From the NCBI GenBank assembly GCA_900546845.1, contig UREK01000007.1:2815-66814 (forward strand): a stretch of DNA of 64,000 nt, given 5' to 3'. Shown in pieces: positions 1 to 8,333 of the stretch. The notes beneath the pieces were generated by a model. That model saw nothing but the letters and a program-made list of their open reading frames with translations. It was not told the origin of the DNA and made no database searches. Position 1 is the stretch's first letter. Every line of letters begins with the position of its first letter. Position numbers and translations under genes: made by a program. This stretch comes from an uncultured Eubacteriales bacterium. GTDB lineage: Bacteria; Bacillota; Clostridia; Christensenellales; CAG-138.

Positions 1-1
1 G

Positions 2-715
2 GGCGGCACGCCGCATGGGCGCAAGCGGGAGTTCCTGTTCAATTATCAGGTGCCCGTGGACGAGATGCTTGCGCGGGTGAACCGCCTGAACGCCATCCTG
101 AGCCTGCCGCAGGAGGAGCTTTCCGCCCGCTGGCATGAGGGAGATGAACTTAAAAACCTTGTGGAATGGGGCTTCAGCATGCCGGAGGAGGGCATCAAGC
201 GCGCGCTGCTTTCGCTCGTCACCTCATTTGGCGATGCGCGCGCTGAGGCGATCCTGCGCGATTTTGCCATGCGCATGGATCAGCCGGACCGCCTCAAGAA
301 GGAGACGTTCGCGCTGCTTGCGCAGATGGGCGCAAAGGGACCGTTTACCGGCTACATCGGCGGCAGGCTCGTGGAGAGCAACATCAGCTTTGCAAAGGGC
401 TTCCCGGCGGATCTCCCCAAGGCTTACGGCGAGGTTGTCATGGTTTGCATGAGGGAGATGTGCGGCAGACGGCCGGAGAACGTCCTCATTGCGGCGGTGA
501 AGCTCTGGGCGGAATATGTCTCGCCGCTTTCCGGCCAGTACCCGCGCCTCAACCGGCATCAGATCATGGCGATGGCCGCGGCGCTCGAATACCTGGCCTG
601 CCGCGCATGCGGCGAAAAGGCTGCCCGCGCGGATGTGTGCACGCAATATGGCGTTTCTGCGCTCCGGTTCAACAACGCCCTTTCCAAATTGATGAAACCG
701 AAGGATAAAGCATGA
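2..715 (+). CDS. hypothetical protein, probably 5'-partial (frame open to window edge)
   Basis: ORF track 50..715. The same frame has no stop back to nt 2. Stop TGA 713-715 overlaps the next gene's ATG (ATGA). No recognisable motif. Confidence 0.5.
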   Translation, partial: GGTPHGRKREFLFNYQVPVDEMLARVNRLNAILSLPQEELSARWHEGDELKNLVEWGFSMPEEGIKRALLSLVTSFGDARAEAILRDFAMRMDQPDRLKKETFALLAQMGAKGPFTGYIGGRLVESNISFAKGFPADLPKAYGEVVMVCMREMCGRRPENVLIAAVKLWAEYVSPLSGQYPRLNRHQIMAMAAALEYLACRACGEKAARADVCTQYGVSALRFNNALSKLMKPKDKA

Positions 716-1815
716 GATTGATCGCAACCTGCAAGCTGGGCCTGGAAGCGCTCGTGGCGGCGGAGCTGCGGCGCATCGGCATCGACCCGGAAACCGTCGC
801 GGACGCGCGCGTCACCTTCCGCGGAGATGAAGCCGCGATGGCGCGCGCCTGCCTTTGGCTGCGCACAGCGGAGCGCGTGCTGATGGAGGTTGGCACGTTT
901 GAGGCAAAGACGTTCGACGCGCTGTTTGAAGGCGTAAAGGCGCTGCCCTGGAAGCAATACCTCACGCGGGACGCGTTCATCCACGTCAACGGAAAAAGCG
1001 CGAAGAGCACGCTCTTTTCCGTATCCGACTGCCAAAGCATCACAAAAAAGGCCATTGTGGAGAACCTGCGCGCGGCCTATCATACCGAGATCCTGCCGGA
1101 GACGGGCAGGGAGGTCATCGTGGAGGTCGGCATCCTGAAGGACGTGGTTACGCTCGCGCTCGACCCCTGCGGCGCGGGGCTATCCCGCCGGGGCTACCGC
1201 ACCTGGAACGTGGCCGCGCCCCTTTCGGAAACGCTCGGCGCGGCGATTGTGCTGCTTTCGCGCCATGCGCCGGAGCAGCCGCTTATCGACCCGATGTGCG
1301 GCAGCGGCACCATGCCGATCGAGGCTGCGATGATCGCGCAAAACCGCGCGCCAGGCCTCAACCGCCCCTTCGCGGCGGAGGAATGGCCGTTCCTGCCGCA
1401 GGGCGTGTTTGCCCGTGCGCGGGAGGAAGCACGCGACGCGATCCTGCCCACAAAGCTCGACATCCTTGGCTCGGATATCGACGCGCGGGCCATCGACCTC
1501 TGCAAAAAGCACGCTAAGAAGGCAGGTGTCATGGTAAACTGGGCCGTGCGGCCCGTGAAGGAGCTCCAGGGCGAAAAAACGGACGGCGTGCTCGTATGCA
1601 ACCCGCCCTATGGCGAGCGCATGCTCAAAAAGAGCGAGGTGGAGCGCCTTTACCGCGAGATGCGCGCGGCGTTCGACGGGCTCCCTTCCGGCTGGCGCAA
1701 GAGCATCATCACATCCCACCCGGAGTTTGAGCGTATCTACGGTCGCCGGGCGGACAAGCGCCGCAAGCTCTCCAACGGCGGCATGCCCTGCACGCTGTAT
1801 CAGTATTTTCGGTAA
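712..1815 (+). CDS. THUMP-domain class I SAM-dependent RNA methyltransferase (RlmL/YpsC-like)
   Basis: 367 aa. SAM-binding motif I DPMCGSGT and motif IV NPPYGERM follow an N-terminal THUMP-like region. Confidence 0.8.
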   Translation: MRLIATCKLGLEALVAAELRRIGIDPETVADARVTFRGDEAAMARACLWLRTAERVLMEVGTFEAKTFDALFEGVKALPWKQYLTRDAFIHVNGKSAKSTLFSVSDCQSITKKAIVENLRAAYHTEILPETGREVIVEVGILKDVVTLALDPCGAGLSRRGYRTWNVAAPLSETLGAAIVLLSRHAPEQPLIDPMCGSGTMPIEAAMIAQNRAPGLNRPFAAEEWPFLPQGVFARAREEARDAILPTKLDILGSDIDARAIDLCKKHAKKAGVMVNWAVRPVKELQGEKTDGVLVCNPPYGERMLKKSEVERLYREMRAAFDGLPSGWRKSIITSHPEFERIYGRRADKRRKLSNGGMPCTLYQYFR

Positions 1816-1857
1816 AGAAAACCAGCAAAATCGAATTGAGAAGGGATTGAGAACGCG

Positions 1858-2922
1858 ATGGAATACACGTTTGAAATCACTGTAGCTGGATGCAATACAA
1901 ATTGCCGGCATTGTTATGTGAGCGGCGGCCCTGGGCCGCATATGCCGCTTGCAACATACCGTGCCTGCCTGGAAAGGCTCGTGCCCGCGCTCGACCGGCT
2001 CGAAGGCAACGTCTCCATCATGCCCGGAAACGAGCCGTTCAACCACCCGGAAGCGGTGGAGCTCATGCGCATGACGCACGCGCTTGCTCCGGAATATTAC
2101 CCAGATACGGATTATGACTGGCCGACGACAGGAATCGCGCTGATGGGATGCGCGGAACGGGCGGAGGCGTTTGCACTGCTGCGGGAGTTCGGCGCAAAGC
2201 GCCTGATGCTGACGCTGCACGGCGCGCAGGCGCACCATGATGAGATCGTGCGTAACCCGCACGGCTTTGAAAGGATCTCCGCAATGGCTGACCTGCTGCA
2301 TGCGGAAGGGTTTGGCGTTGCTTTCAACTTGATGCTCAACCGCGGCCTGATCGAGGATTGGGACGCGGTCTGCCGCTTTATGGAGGAGAAGCGCTGTGCG
2401 GCTGCGTACCTGACTATCCCGCTGTACCTGCCTGCCGAACGTCTGCGCGCATTCCAACAATACCGGGCGACATATGCCGATTGCCAGCGCCTTCGGGGCA
2501 GGCTCGGCTACGCTGGGATCGACGAAGCGCAGTTCTTTCAGAACGTTGAAGCCTTTTGCGAGGCTACTGTGCGGGAGCGCGCCCTGCGGGAGGGCTGGGA
2601 TTATGCCGCGCGCGAGCGGGAGAAGCCGGATTGGGCTTTCTTCCATATTACGCAAGCGCTTGAGCTTTATTATGGCAACGCGGGCATGCACACAAAATGG
2701 CTCGGAAACATCGCCGCAATGACGAGCAAGGAGATTTATCAGGCGATTTTGCCCTGCCGCGCAAATTACGATTATTCCGCTTATTATGATCTTGCGGAGC
2801 TGCCGCCCATCGCGGCTGTGCTTGCGGCAAACCCGGTACGGGAAAACTATGTTTACCCGGATGCGGAGGGCTGCTTATATCGCTGGCTCGACCAAATGGG
2901 CGTGCCGGACATCCTCATCTGA
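1858..2922 (+). CDS. radical SAM protein, function unknown
   Basis: 354 aa. N-terminal CxxxCxxC cluster (GCNTNCRHCY). No C-terminal SPASM-like Cys cluster and no adjacent small peptide ORF. Confidence 0.7.
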   Translation: MEYTFEITVAGCNTNCRHCYVSGGPGPHMPLATYRACLERLVPALDRLEGNVSIMPGNEPFNHPEAVELMRMTHALAPEYYPDTDYDWPTTGIALMGCAERAEAFALLREFGAKRLMLTLHGAQAHHDEIVRNPHGFERISAMADLLHAEGFGVAFNLMLNRGLIEDWDAVCRFMEEKRCAAAYLTIPLYLPAERLRAFQQYRATYADCQRLRGRLGYAGIDEAQFFQNVEAFCEATVRERALREGWDYAAREREKPDWAFFHITQALELYYGNAGMHTKWLGNIAAMTSKEIYQAILPCRANYDYSAYYDLAELPPIAAVLAANPVRENYVYPDAEGCLYRWLDQMGVPDILI

Positions 2923-3109
2923 ATTATGCCTCCATATCTTGCCCGCATCAGCGGCCTGATGCCGCCTGTGGTAGGGACTCGGCACGCAGTATTTCTTCTG
3001 TTCCTGCCACGGTTATAAGGCCGCGGGGGTATGCCCCCGCGCACTGGGGGACGCCCCCATTGCAGGCGGCGAACGGAGGCTGAGGTTGATGCGAATTTGC
3101 AAAAAACGC

Positions 3110-3138
3110 TTTACAAATCGCGGGCGATACAGTATAAT
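3110..3138 (+). promoter_or_regulatory. sigma-70-type promoter upstream of tRNA-Ala
   Basis: TTTACA (3110-3115), 17 nt spacer, TATAAT (3133-3138), about 60 nt upstream of the tRNA. Confidence 0.5.
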
Positions 3139-3201
3139 AATTCCTGCACGAAAGTGTGGGATTTCGCCCGGTATTCCGGAGCGAACTGCCAATTTGGACT
3201 T

Positions 3202-3278
3202 GGGGCTTTAGCTCAGCTGGCTAGAGTGCCACACTGGCAGTGTGGAAGTCAGGGGTTCGAATCCCCTAAGCTCCACCA
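3202..3278 (+). tRNA. tRNA-Ala (anticodon GGC), CCA encoded
   Basis: Hand-folded cloverleaf. Acceptor GGGGCTT/AAGCTCC has the G3:U70 Ala identity pair. Anticodon stem CCACA/TGTGG with loop CTGGCAG. T-arm AGGGG-TTCGAAT-CCCCT. Discriminator A plus CCA. Confidence 0.9.
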
Positions 3279-3280
3279 CG

Positions 3281-3318
3281 AAAACCGCCTGAAACTCTAG
3301 GGTTTCAGGCGGTTTTTC
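3281..3318 (+). terminator. intrinsic terminator after tRNA-Ala
   Basis: Stem AAAACCGCCTGAAAC / GTTTCAGGCGGTTTT followed by a T-run. Confidence 0.75.
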
Positions 3319-3347
3319 ATATGCAGAGTACACACAAAAGTACACGA

Positions 3348-3644
3348 TTACAAAATTTTAGAGAAAACGCCCTCCACGATTTTTGCTGTCTTTTCCAAGT
3401 CGCCTTCGGCTTCGTGCTTGTATCTCCCCGCGTCCATGCTGTCAGAGTGACCGATCATCTGCTTTAGTAAGTCCTCGGGCAGTTCGGTCTTGACGAGGCT
3501 CACCGTCGTATGGCGCAGTTCGTGCAGGGTTGACTTTATCCCGTGCTGGTCGCGGTAGTGCTGCCATTGCTTGTACATGGCGTTTGCGTCCATCTGGTTG
3601 CCATCCGGCCCCGGAAAAAGCCATGCCCGGGTTGCTATGCCCAA
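3348..3644 (-). pseudogene. tyrosine recombinase/phage integrase, C-terminal fragment only (98 aa)
   Basis: Contains the catalytic-domain motifs HELRHTTVS and GHSD...GRYKH (catalytic Tyr region). The N-terminal ~3/4 of a normal integrase is missing. The ORF is cut off by the second copy of the tRNA 3' end at 3651. Confidence 0.7.
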
Positions 3645-3650
3645 GCCCTT

Positions 3651-3712
3651 TAAGCTCCACCATGAAATAAAACCGCCTGAAACCCTAGAGCTTCAGACGG
3701 CTTTGTTTGGAA
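3651..3712 (+). repeat. diverged direct repeat of tRNA-Ala 3' end plus terminator (att-like)
   Basis: TAAGCTCCACCA (3651-3662) is identical to tRNA 3267-3278. It is followed by AAACCGCCTGAAAC.CTAG.G.TTCAG.CGGCTTT, which resembles the terminator at 3281-3318. Confidence 0.7.
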
Positions 3713-3750
3713 TAGGTCAAAAACACACTTGATTTTTGAAATCCTTATTC

Positions 3751-4671
3751 TTATGATTCCTCCTGATTTCTCCAGCTCCTGCGCGTCAGGAACAGAGAAA
3801 GACTTAGCATCGCGCAAAGAAGCATCATGATTACCCACACGCCAGCAGAATGGAATCGTACGCCGGTATTGGGCGACTCTTTTCCGAGTTGTCCCGCGTC
3901 CGTAGAGAGCATGCTCAGCTCCTGCGTGGGCTGCATCGCGTTGGTGAGGGCATAGCGGCTGAAATGCGTCGTTTCGAAGGTGTACACATCGCCCTCGCGC
4001 GCGCCGTCCATTTTAGCAACCGTGCCGTCTTCGGCAATATGCCATACGGCCACCTCGCCCTCAAAGGAAGCAGGAATGGGCAATTTGACCACGATGCTGC
4101 CGGCCAGCTCCGCGCCGAGGAGGGTAATATCGTAAACGCGAGCATCTGCCAGCGTCAGGCCGCTATTTGCGACGGCCTCCGCGAGAATGCTTTGCACCGT
4201 ATCGGCAGGTATCTGGTTGACCGAAAAAGCCGGATCGCCGATCAGCGTCCCGGCGTAGGAAACAAATTCCACGCCCGATGCTTCGTCAAAGATCACAACC
4301 GTATCGGCATTCAAAGCGGGGGAAGCAGTCGGCGCAGCGGTGGGGTCTTGCGCAGGCTCAGGCGTCGGCTCAGCGGTGGGTTCTTGCGCAGGCTCGGCAG
4401 TCGGCGCAGCGGTAGGCTCTTGCGCAGGCTCGGGCGTCGGCTCAGCGGTGGGTTCTTGCGCAAGCTCGGGCGTCGGCTCAGCGGCAGGTTCTTCCGTAGG
4501 CCCGGCAGTCGGCTCCTCGTTCGGCTCCGGCATCGTAATTGCCTGCGGCTCCGTCGCTTCGCCTTCGTCTGCCAGGGCTTCGCTCATGCCAAGTGAGGAA
4601 AAGCAGAAAATGAAGATCAACATCCAGGCGCATAAGGCTCGAAGCCTCAATTTCCATGTCTTATTTTTCAT
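3751..4671 (-). CDS. cell-wall-anchored surface protein with Pro/Thr/Glu-rich repeats (SPNTG sorting signal)
   Basis: Signal peptide, 12-aa EPTxEPxxEPAQ-type repeats, and C-terminal SPNTG + hydrophobic helix + RRSWR tail. Start 4671 is preferred: AGGAG lies 9 nt upstream. ATG 4680 is also possible. Confidence 0.7.
   Translation of the reverse strand: MKNKTWKLRLRALCAWMLIFIFCFSSLGMSEALADEGEATEPQAITMPEPNEEPTAGPTEEPAAEPTPELAQEPTAEPTPEPAQEPTAAPTAEPAQEPTAEPTPEPAQDPTAAPTASPALNADTVVIFDEASGVEFVSYAGTLIGDPAFSVNQIPADTVQSILAEAVANSGLTLADARVYDITLLGAELAGSIVVKLPIPASFEGEVAVWHIAEDGTVAKMDGAREGDVYTFETTHFSRYALTNAMQPTQELSMLSTDAGQLGKESPNTGVRFHSAGVWVIMMLLCAMLSLSLFLTRRSWRNQEES
4328..4507 (-). repeat. about 5 tandem copies of a 36-bp coding repeat
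   Basis: Units start at 4328, 4364, 4400, 4436 and 4472 (GTCGGC.CAGCGGT.GG.TCTTGCGCA.GCTC.GGC). They encode the Pro-rich 12-aa repeat of the surface protein. Confidence 0.8.
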
Positions 4672-5329
4672 AGTTCGCATCTCCTTCGCTGTTCTTTCCC
4701 TTCTTCCGCGCCCATACGAGCAGCAGGATCATGCCCAACGCGGACGCGGCCATCATGGCCAGGTATAAGGGCAGGTTGTTCTCGTCTCCGGTTTGCACGT
4801 TGCCGCCTATGCCGGGCGGGGTGATCGGAGAGGTGGGGGAGATGGGATCGGCCGGGGGCGCAGGCTGGGCATAGCGGTTGGAAAATACCGCGCTTTCCAC
4901 CTTTTCGCCCGCTGGGTTGTAGATCAGCAGCACGCTGGTCAGGCGACCATCGCTGCCCACATACACCTGCAGCATCACCGTGTACTGCCGCCTGTCATAT
5001 TCATACCACTCCTCGGCGTCGATCACATCCTGTGTAAGGGTATAGTGGTAGGTGCCGACATGGCTGGCATTGAACTGCAAATCAATGGATGTGTTGCCGC
5101 GCAGGGTAAAGGCGTATTCTCCGTTCACGCTGCCATCCGGCATGGGCGCGCCCGTCTCTTCCGCCCGCAGGACGTAGTGGAATACATTGTCCACGCCCGT
5201 CAGGTTGGTTGAAAAGGTCTGCTCTACAGGAAGATGCGCCGTAACGCTCTCCGCATAGGCCGACGTCTGCATGCCAAGCAGCAGGATGACCGCCACAAGC
5301 AACGCGCCGATTCGCCTTCCGCATTTCAT
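4661..5329 (-). CDS. pilin-like sortase substrate (NVQTG sorting signal)
   Basis: Signal peptide MKCGRRIGALLVAVILLLGMQTSAYA. Beta-rich body with a Spy0128-like pattern (GTYHYTLTQ...YDRRQYTVMLQVYV). C-terminal NVQTG + TM + RKKGK. Start chosen at the internal ATG with an SD. Confidence 0.7.
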   Translation of the reverse strand: MKCGRRIGALLVAVILLLGMQTSAYAESVTAHLPVEQTFSTNLTGVDNVFHYVLRAEETGAPMPDGSVNGEYAFTLRGNTSIDLQFNASHVGTYHYTLTQDVIDAEEWYEYDRRQYTVMLQVYVGSDGRLTSVLLIYNPAGEKVESAVFSNRYAQPAPPADPISPTSPITPPGIGGNVQTGDENNLPLYLAMMAASALGMILLLVWARKKGKNSEGDANYEK

Positions 5330-5336
5330 TCTTCTA

Positions 5337-6281
5337 TCACCCCTCATGTTTCTTTTCCTCCCGATTGCTTCTTTGGCGCCGCCGCAGAATAAAAACCAAT
5401 ATACCCAGCAGCAGCAATACCGCTGCCAAAATCCAAAGCCACAGGGGCACTCCCAGGGATTCTCCCAGCCGGTCAACGCCCGTGCCCAAATTCGCCGATT
5501 CCTCCGCCTCGGGATAGACCGTATCCGTCAGGCGGCCTACGAGGATATGCCGCCCATTGGTAATGACGCTGGTGCAGGTGCTCAACAGCACCAGATTGTC
5601 CTGCGTGGTTACGTCCATTTCCCGTACATACATGGATTTTTCATAGACGCTGTCCAGATACGCTTGCTCCAGCGCTTCCGCCGCGTCCGAACCGGCCTGT
5701 TGACCCGGGTTTACTAGTGTGAATATATCATCGTAAGCGTCCACCAGCATGAACGCAAAAAATTCAATGCCATGATCCTTCCCGTCAAAGAACAAATTGC
5801 CGTAAGGATGTTCGTCAAAAAATGCCTGCTCCGCAAACAGCCCCAGATCGCCAAACATCTTCCGCTTTTCCATGTGGTGACCGTAGATGATGCTGTTATA
5901 GTCCGTAAAGCGAGGGTTGTTGGCGCAATGCAGAAAGATCGCGCCGCTCATGGAAAAATTCCCCTCAACGTCCGTATTGACGTATTTGCTGTTATCTTCC
6001 GCCTGCAAAAGCGGGTAGTTGATCTCCGTATCGTTCACGCGCAGCCAGCCGATCACCTCCGGGTTGATCGCCCGCAACTCATCAAAGGATCGGGTATCCT
6101 CCTCCGTGGGGATAAACGCCTGATACACCGTTGCTTCCGCCGCGCGGTACACCTGATTCGCGTCCCAAAGGGAATAGCCCGCCAGCAGCATAACGCATAC
6201 CGTCAACGCCAGCGCGGCGAAGCTCACCACGCTATCCAGCAGGCCGATCAGCCGCCTGCAAGCCTTCTTCCATGGGGGCAT
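5337..6281 (-). CDS. class B sortase
   Basis: N-terminal TM. Motifs VIGWLRVNDTEINYPLLQAEDNSKY, IYGHHMEKRKMFGDL and LSTCTS (catalytic Cys), typical of SrtB-type enzymes. Extra C-terminal TM. Confidence 0.85.
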   Translation of the reverse strand: MPPWKKACRRLIGLLDSVVSFAALALTVCVMLLAGYSLWDANQVYRAAEATVYQAFIPTEEDTRSFDELRAINPEVIGWLRVNDTEINYPLLQAEDNSKYVNTDVEGNFSMSGAIFLHCANNPRFTDYNSIIYGHHMEKRKMFGDLGLFAEQAFFDEHPYGNLFFDGKDHGIEFFAFMLVDAYDDIFTLVNPGQQAGSDAAEALEQAYLDSVYEKSMYVREMDVTTQDNLVLLSTCTSVITNGRHILVGRLTDTVYPEAEESANLGTGVDRLGESLGVPLWLWILAAVLLLLGILVFILRRRQRSNREEKKHEG

Positions 6282-6360
6282 TTTGTTCGCATTCCTTTCC
6301 CAGCCGATAAAAAAGGGGATGCGGCAGCAGCGCCGCTCGCATCCCCATGAGGTCTGTTCC

Positions 6361-7512
6361 TTAGTCCTCGTAATCCTGAGCCTTGCGGCGCTTCATCACC
6401 GTGAACAGCACGATCATGCCGCCCGCGATAGCGACCATCAGCACGTAGGGCAGGACATTCAGAATTACGCCCGTCGGCGAAACATAGTTGTAAGTGTTGG
6501 TCACATCAACCGCGTTTTTGCCTGCAAGCAGCGTACGCTGATCTTCCGTGAGAGTAGGAGCTAACGTGAGAGAATCACCAAAGTCTAGACCAGTTATGTT
6601 GCTGTCTACTGTCCCAGCGCCCATTGAGACCACCGCAGAAGGTTTATAGGACGACATGCCAGTTTCTTTCACGTTGACTACCGTTCCAATCGGAAGACCG
6701 GTAAGGACCACGTGCTCGCCATTTTTCAGAGTGAACGTAGCACTGCCGCCGGTCGCGGTGGGGTTCAGTGTGACCGTGCCGCTAGCGCCTACCGTGAATG
6801 GGTTACCACCAGCAGGATAAGTATAATCGACGATAAATGAGAATGTGGTTTGATCGGCAGCATTGAGGGTGTTCTCAACTTTTTTGCCGATTCTCAAGGA
6901 ACCAGTATCAGGATCCGTCGGCATACCTGCTTCTTTCGCATAAGTGTTTACAAAGGCGAGCGCACCAACCTTTCCATCATCACCTGATATGGGGTTTCCG
7001 AGATCGTCCTTTTTCTGCTCGGCGACAACGCTTTCTACCGCATAATCTTTTCCAGTGTTTTTAATGCTAACAGTAACCTCATACTCTGCTTTCGACATGG
7101 CCATTCGGCCGCCGTGTAGGTCAGGCGCAGTAACAGGCACAGAGCCACCGATGGGATCACCCCATATTTGATTCTCCGTGACGGTATATTTGAAGATGCC
7201 CTCTGCCCTAAGATTTGTAATCTGAACTGGTATTGTAGCCGTTTCGACGTCAGCGGAGTGATTCGCTGCAAAGATGGCAGGATCAATCGTCAGCGTAGGC
7301 GCAGTATTAGTGCCAGACATAGGGTCGGGCTCCGTTTGTTTTACATTGAAAAAGAACTTTGCCCCGTAACCAACAGGGTCGTTATACGTCTTGATTACGT
7401 TTATTGACGTAACCTTGGCGTCTTCAGCTTTGGTTTGCTCCGTTGCGAATGCCGTTGCCGCCATGCTCAGCACCAGCATGAGCGCCAACATAATGCTCAA
7501 GAGTCTTTTCAT
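6361..7512 (-). CDS. major pilin-like sortase substrate (VSPTG sorting signal)
   Basis: Start at the internal ATG 7512 (AGGAGG upstream). Signal peptide MKRLLSIMLALMLVLSMAATAFA, ~350-aa beta-rich body, and C-terminal YVSPTG + TM + KRRK. Confidence 0.7.
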   Translation of the reverse strand: MKRLLSIMLALMLVLSMAATAFATEQTKAEDAKVTSINVIKTYNDPVGYGAKFFFNVKQTEPDPMSGTNTAPTLTIDPAIFAANHSADVETATIPVQITNLRAEGIFKYTVTENQIWGDPIGGSVPVTAPDLHGGRMAMSKAEYEVTVSIKNTGKDYAVESVVAEQKKDDLGNPISGDDGKVGALAFVNTYAKEAGMPTDPDTGSLRIGKKVENTLNAADQTTFSFIVDYTYPAGGNPFTVGASGTVTLNPTATGGSATFTLKNGEHVVLTGLPIGTVVNVKETGMSSYKPSAVVSMGAGTVDSNITGLDFGDSLTLAPTLTEDQRTLLAGKNAVDVTNTYNYVSPTGVILNVLPYVLMVAIAGGMIVLFTVMKRRKAQDYED

Positions 7513-7577
7513 TCCTATGGTTCCTCCTTTTAATAAATAAATATAATGTTGTTCTATGGTCAACTGGCCGCGGCGCA

Positions 7578-8123
7578 TCAAATGCCCCGCGTCCGGATAA
7601 CCGCGATGACCTTGCCTTTCACGTCCGCCAAATCCACGCATCCGTAAACCCGGCTGTCCGTTGCGCTGGGGCGGTTGTCCCCCAGCAGGAATACCTGCCC
7701 TTCTCCGACGGTCAGGGGAAAGCTGACTCCCTGCGCAAATTGCGTTGTGTCGTAGTAGATGTCCTGTGCCTGCTGTATTGCTCCGTTCACGATCAGGCCA
7801 TCGGCGGTGATGTCTACGCTGTCGCCCTCCATGGCAACCACGCGGCCCGTCACCGTATTGCCCTCATACTGGATCACCGCGACGTCCCCGATCGCGAACA
7901 GCTTATCCAGCCGGTAGTACACGGCCAGGTCGCCGTCGCGTATGGCGGGCTTCATCGACACATCCGGTATGCGCGCAACGCCGTAGACAAATGTGAACAC
8001 GACAAAAATGCAGCCCAGGATCAACGCTATCTTGAGGACAAGCTGCATGACGTCCAGCACAAGAGAGTATTTCTTCTTGATGGGCTTGCGCGGACTCGCC
8101 GTTTGCGGAGCATGTTCCTCCAT
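7578..8123 (-). CDS. signal peptidase I family protein (pilus-locus SipA/LepA-like)
   Basis: S26 motifs SMKPAIRDGD and GDNRPSATDSRVYG. Single N-terminal TM. Start at ATG 8123 with an AAGGAGG upstream. Confidence 0.85.
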   Translation of the reverse strand: MEEHAPQTASPRKPIKKKYSLVLDVMQLVLKIALILGCIFVVFTFVYGVARIPDVSMKPAIRDGDLAVYYRLDKLFAIGDVAVIQYEGNTVTGRVVAMEGDSVDITADGLIVNGAIQQAQDIYYDTTQFAQGVSFPLTVGEGQVFLLGDNRPSATDSRVYGCVDLADVKGKVIAVIRTRGI

Positions 8124-8181
8124 TATGACACCCCCTCCTTTTGATTGATATTTTTCACTCAAGAAAGAGTAGGCATGGTAT

Positions 8182-8323
8182 GTCCGCGAAAGTGTACTTC
8201 TGCGTATTGACAAATCCGTAAAAGTGTACTTCTGCGTATTGACAGAAATGTCCCCAAATGGGATAATAATATCAATGGAAATGGGAATAAGTGGTATGTC
8301 CGTGAAAGTACACTTTCGCGGAC
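8182..8323. promoter_or_regulatory. cluster of three 26-bp (12-2-12) serine-recombinase-type sites; candidate invertible promoter switch (alternatively a res-like site)
   Basis: Site A 8182-8207, site B 8214-8239 (24-bp perfect direct repeat 8189-8212 = 8221-8244), site C 8298-8323 (near-perfect palindrome). 8182-8199 is the exact reverse complement of 8306-8323. Central dinucleotide is GT in A and B and AC in C. Confidence 0.5.
8239..8267 (+). promoter_or_regulatory. near-consensus sigma-70 promoter inside the putative invertible segment
   Basis: TTGACA (8239-8244), 17 nt spacer, GATAAT (8262-8267). It points away from the pilus operon in this assembly. Confidence 0.55.
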
Positions 8324-8329
8324 TTTTTT
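8298..8329 (+). terminator. hairpin (site C) followed by T6; terminator-like only for + strand transcripts
   Basis: GTCCGTGAAAGT-AC-ACTTTCGCGGAC followed by TTTTTT (8324-8329). On the - strand the same hairpin is not followed by a U-run. Confidence 0.45.
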
Positions 8330-8333
8330 CATG

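Noticed and set aside
3650-3838. 62-aa - strand ORF spanning the duplicated tRNA tail and the 3' end of the surface-protein gene.
   Set aside because: It overlaps an att-like repeat/terminator and the stop region of a supported gene. It has no RBS and no motifs.
8182-8323. Interpreting the three recombinase-type sites as a Tn3-like res site of a transposon, rather than as an inversion switch.
   Set aside because: Not fully rejected. I judged it less likely for four reasons:
- There is no transposase gene nearby.
- There are no transposon terminal repeats nearby.
- The sites lie downstream rather than upstream of the recombinase gene.
- They bracket a consensus promoter, with opposite central dinucleotides and an 18-bp perfect inverted repeat.
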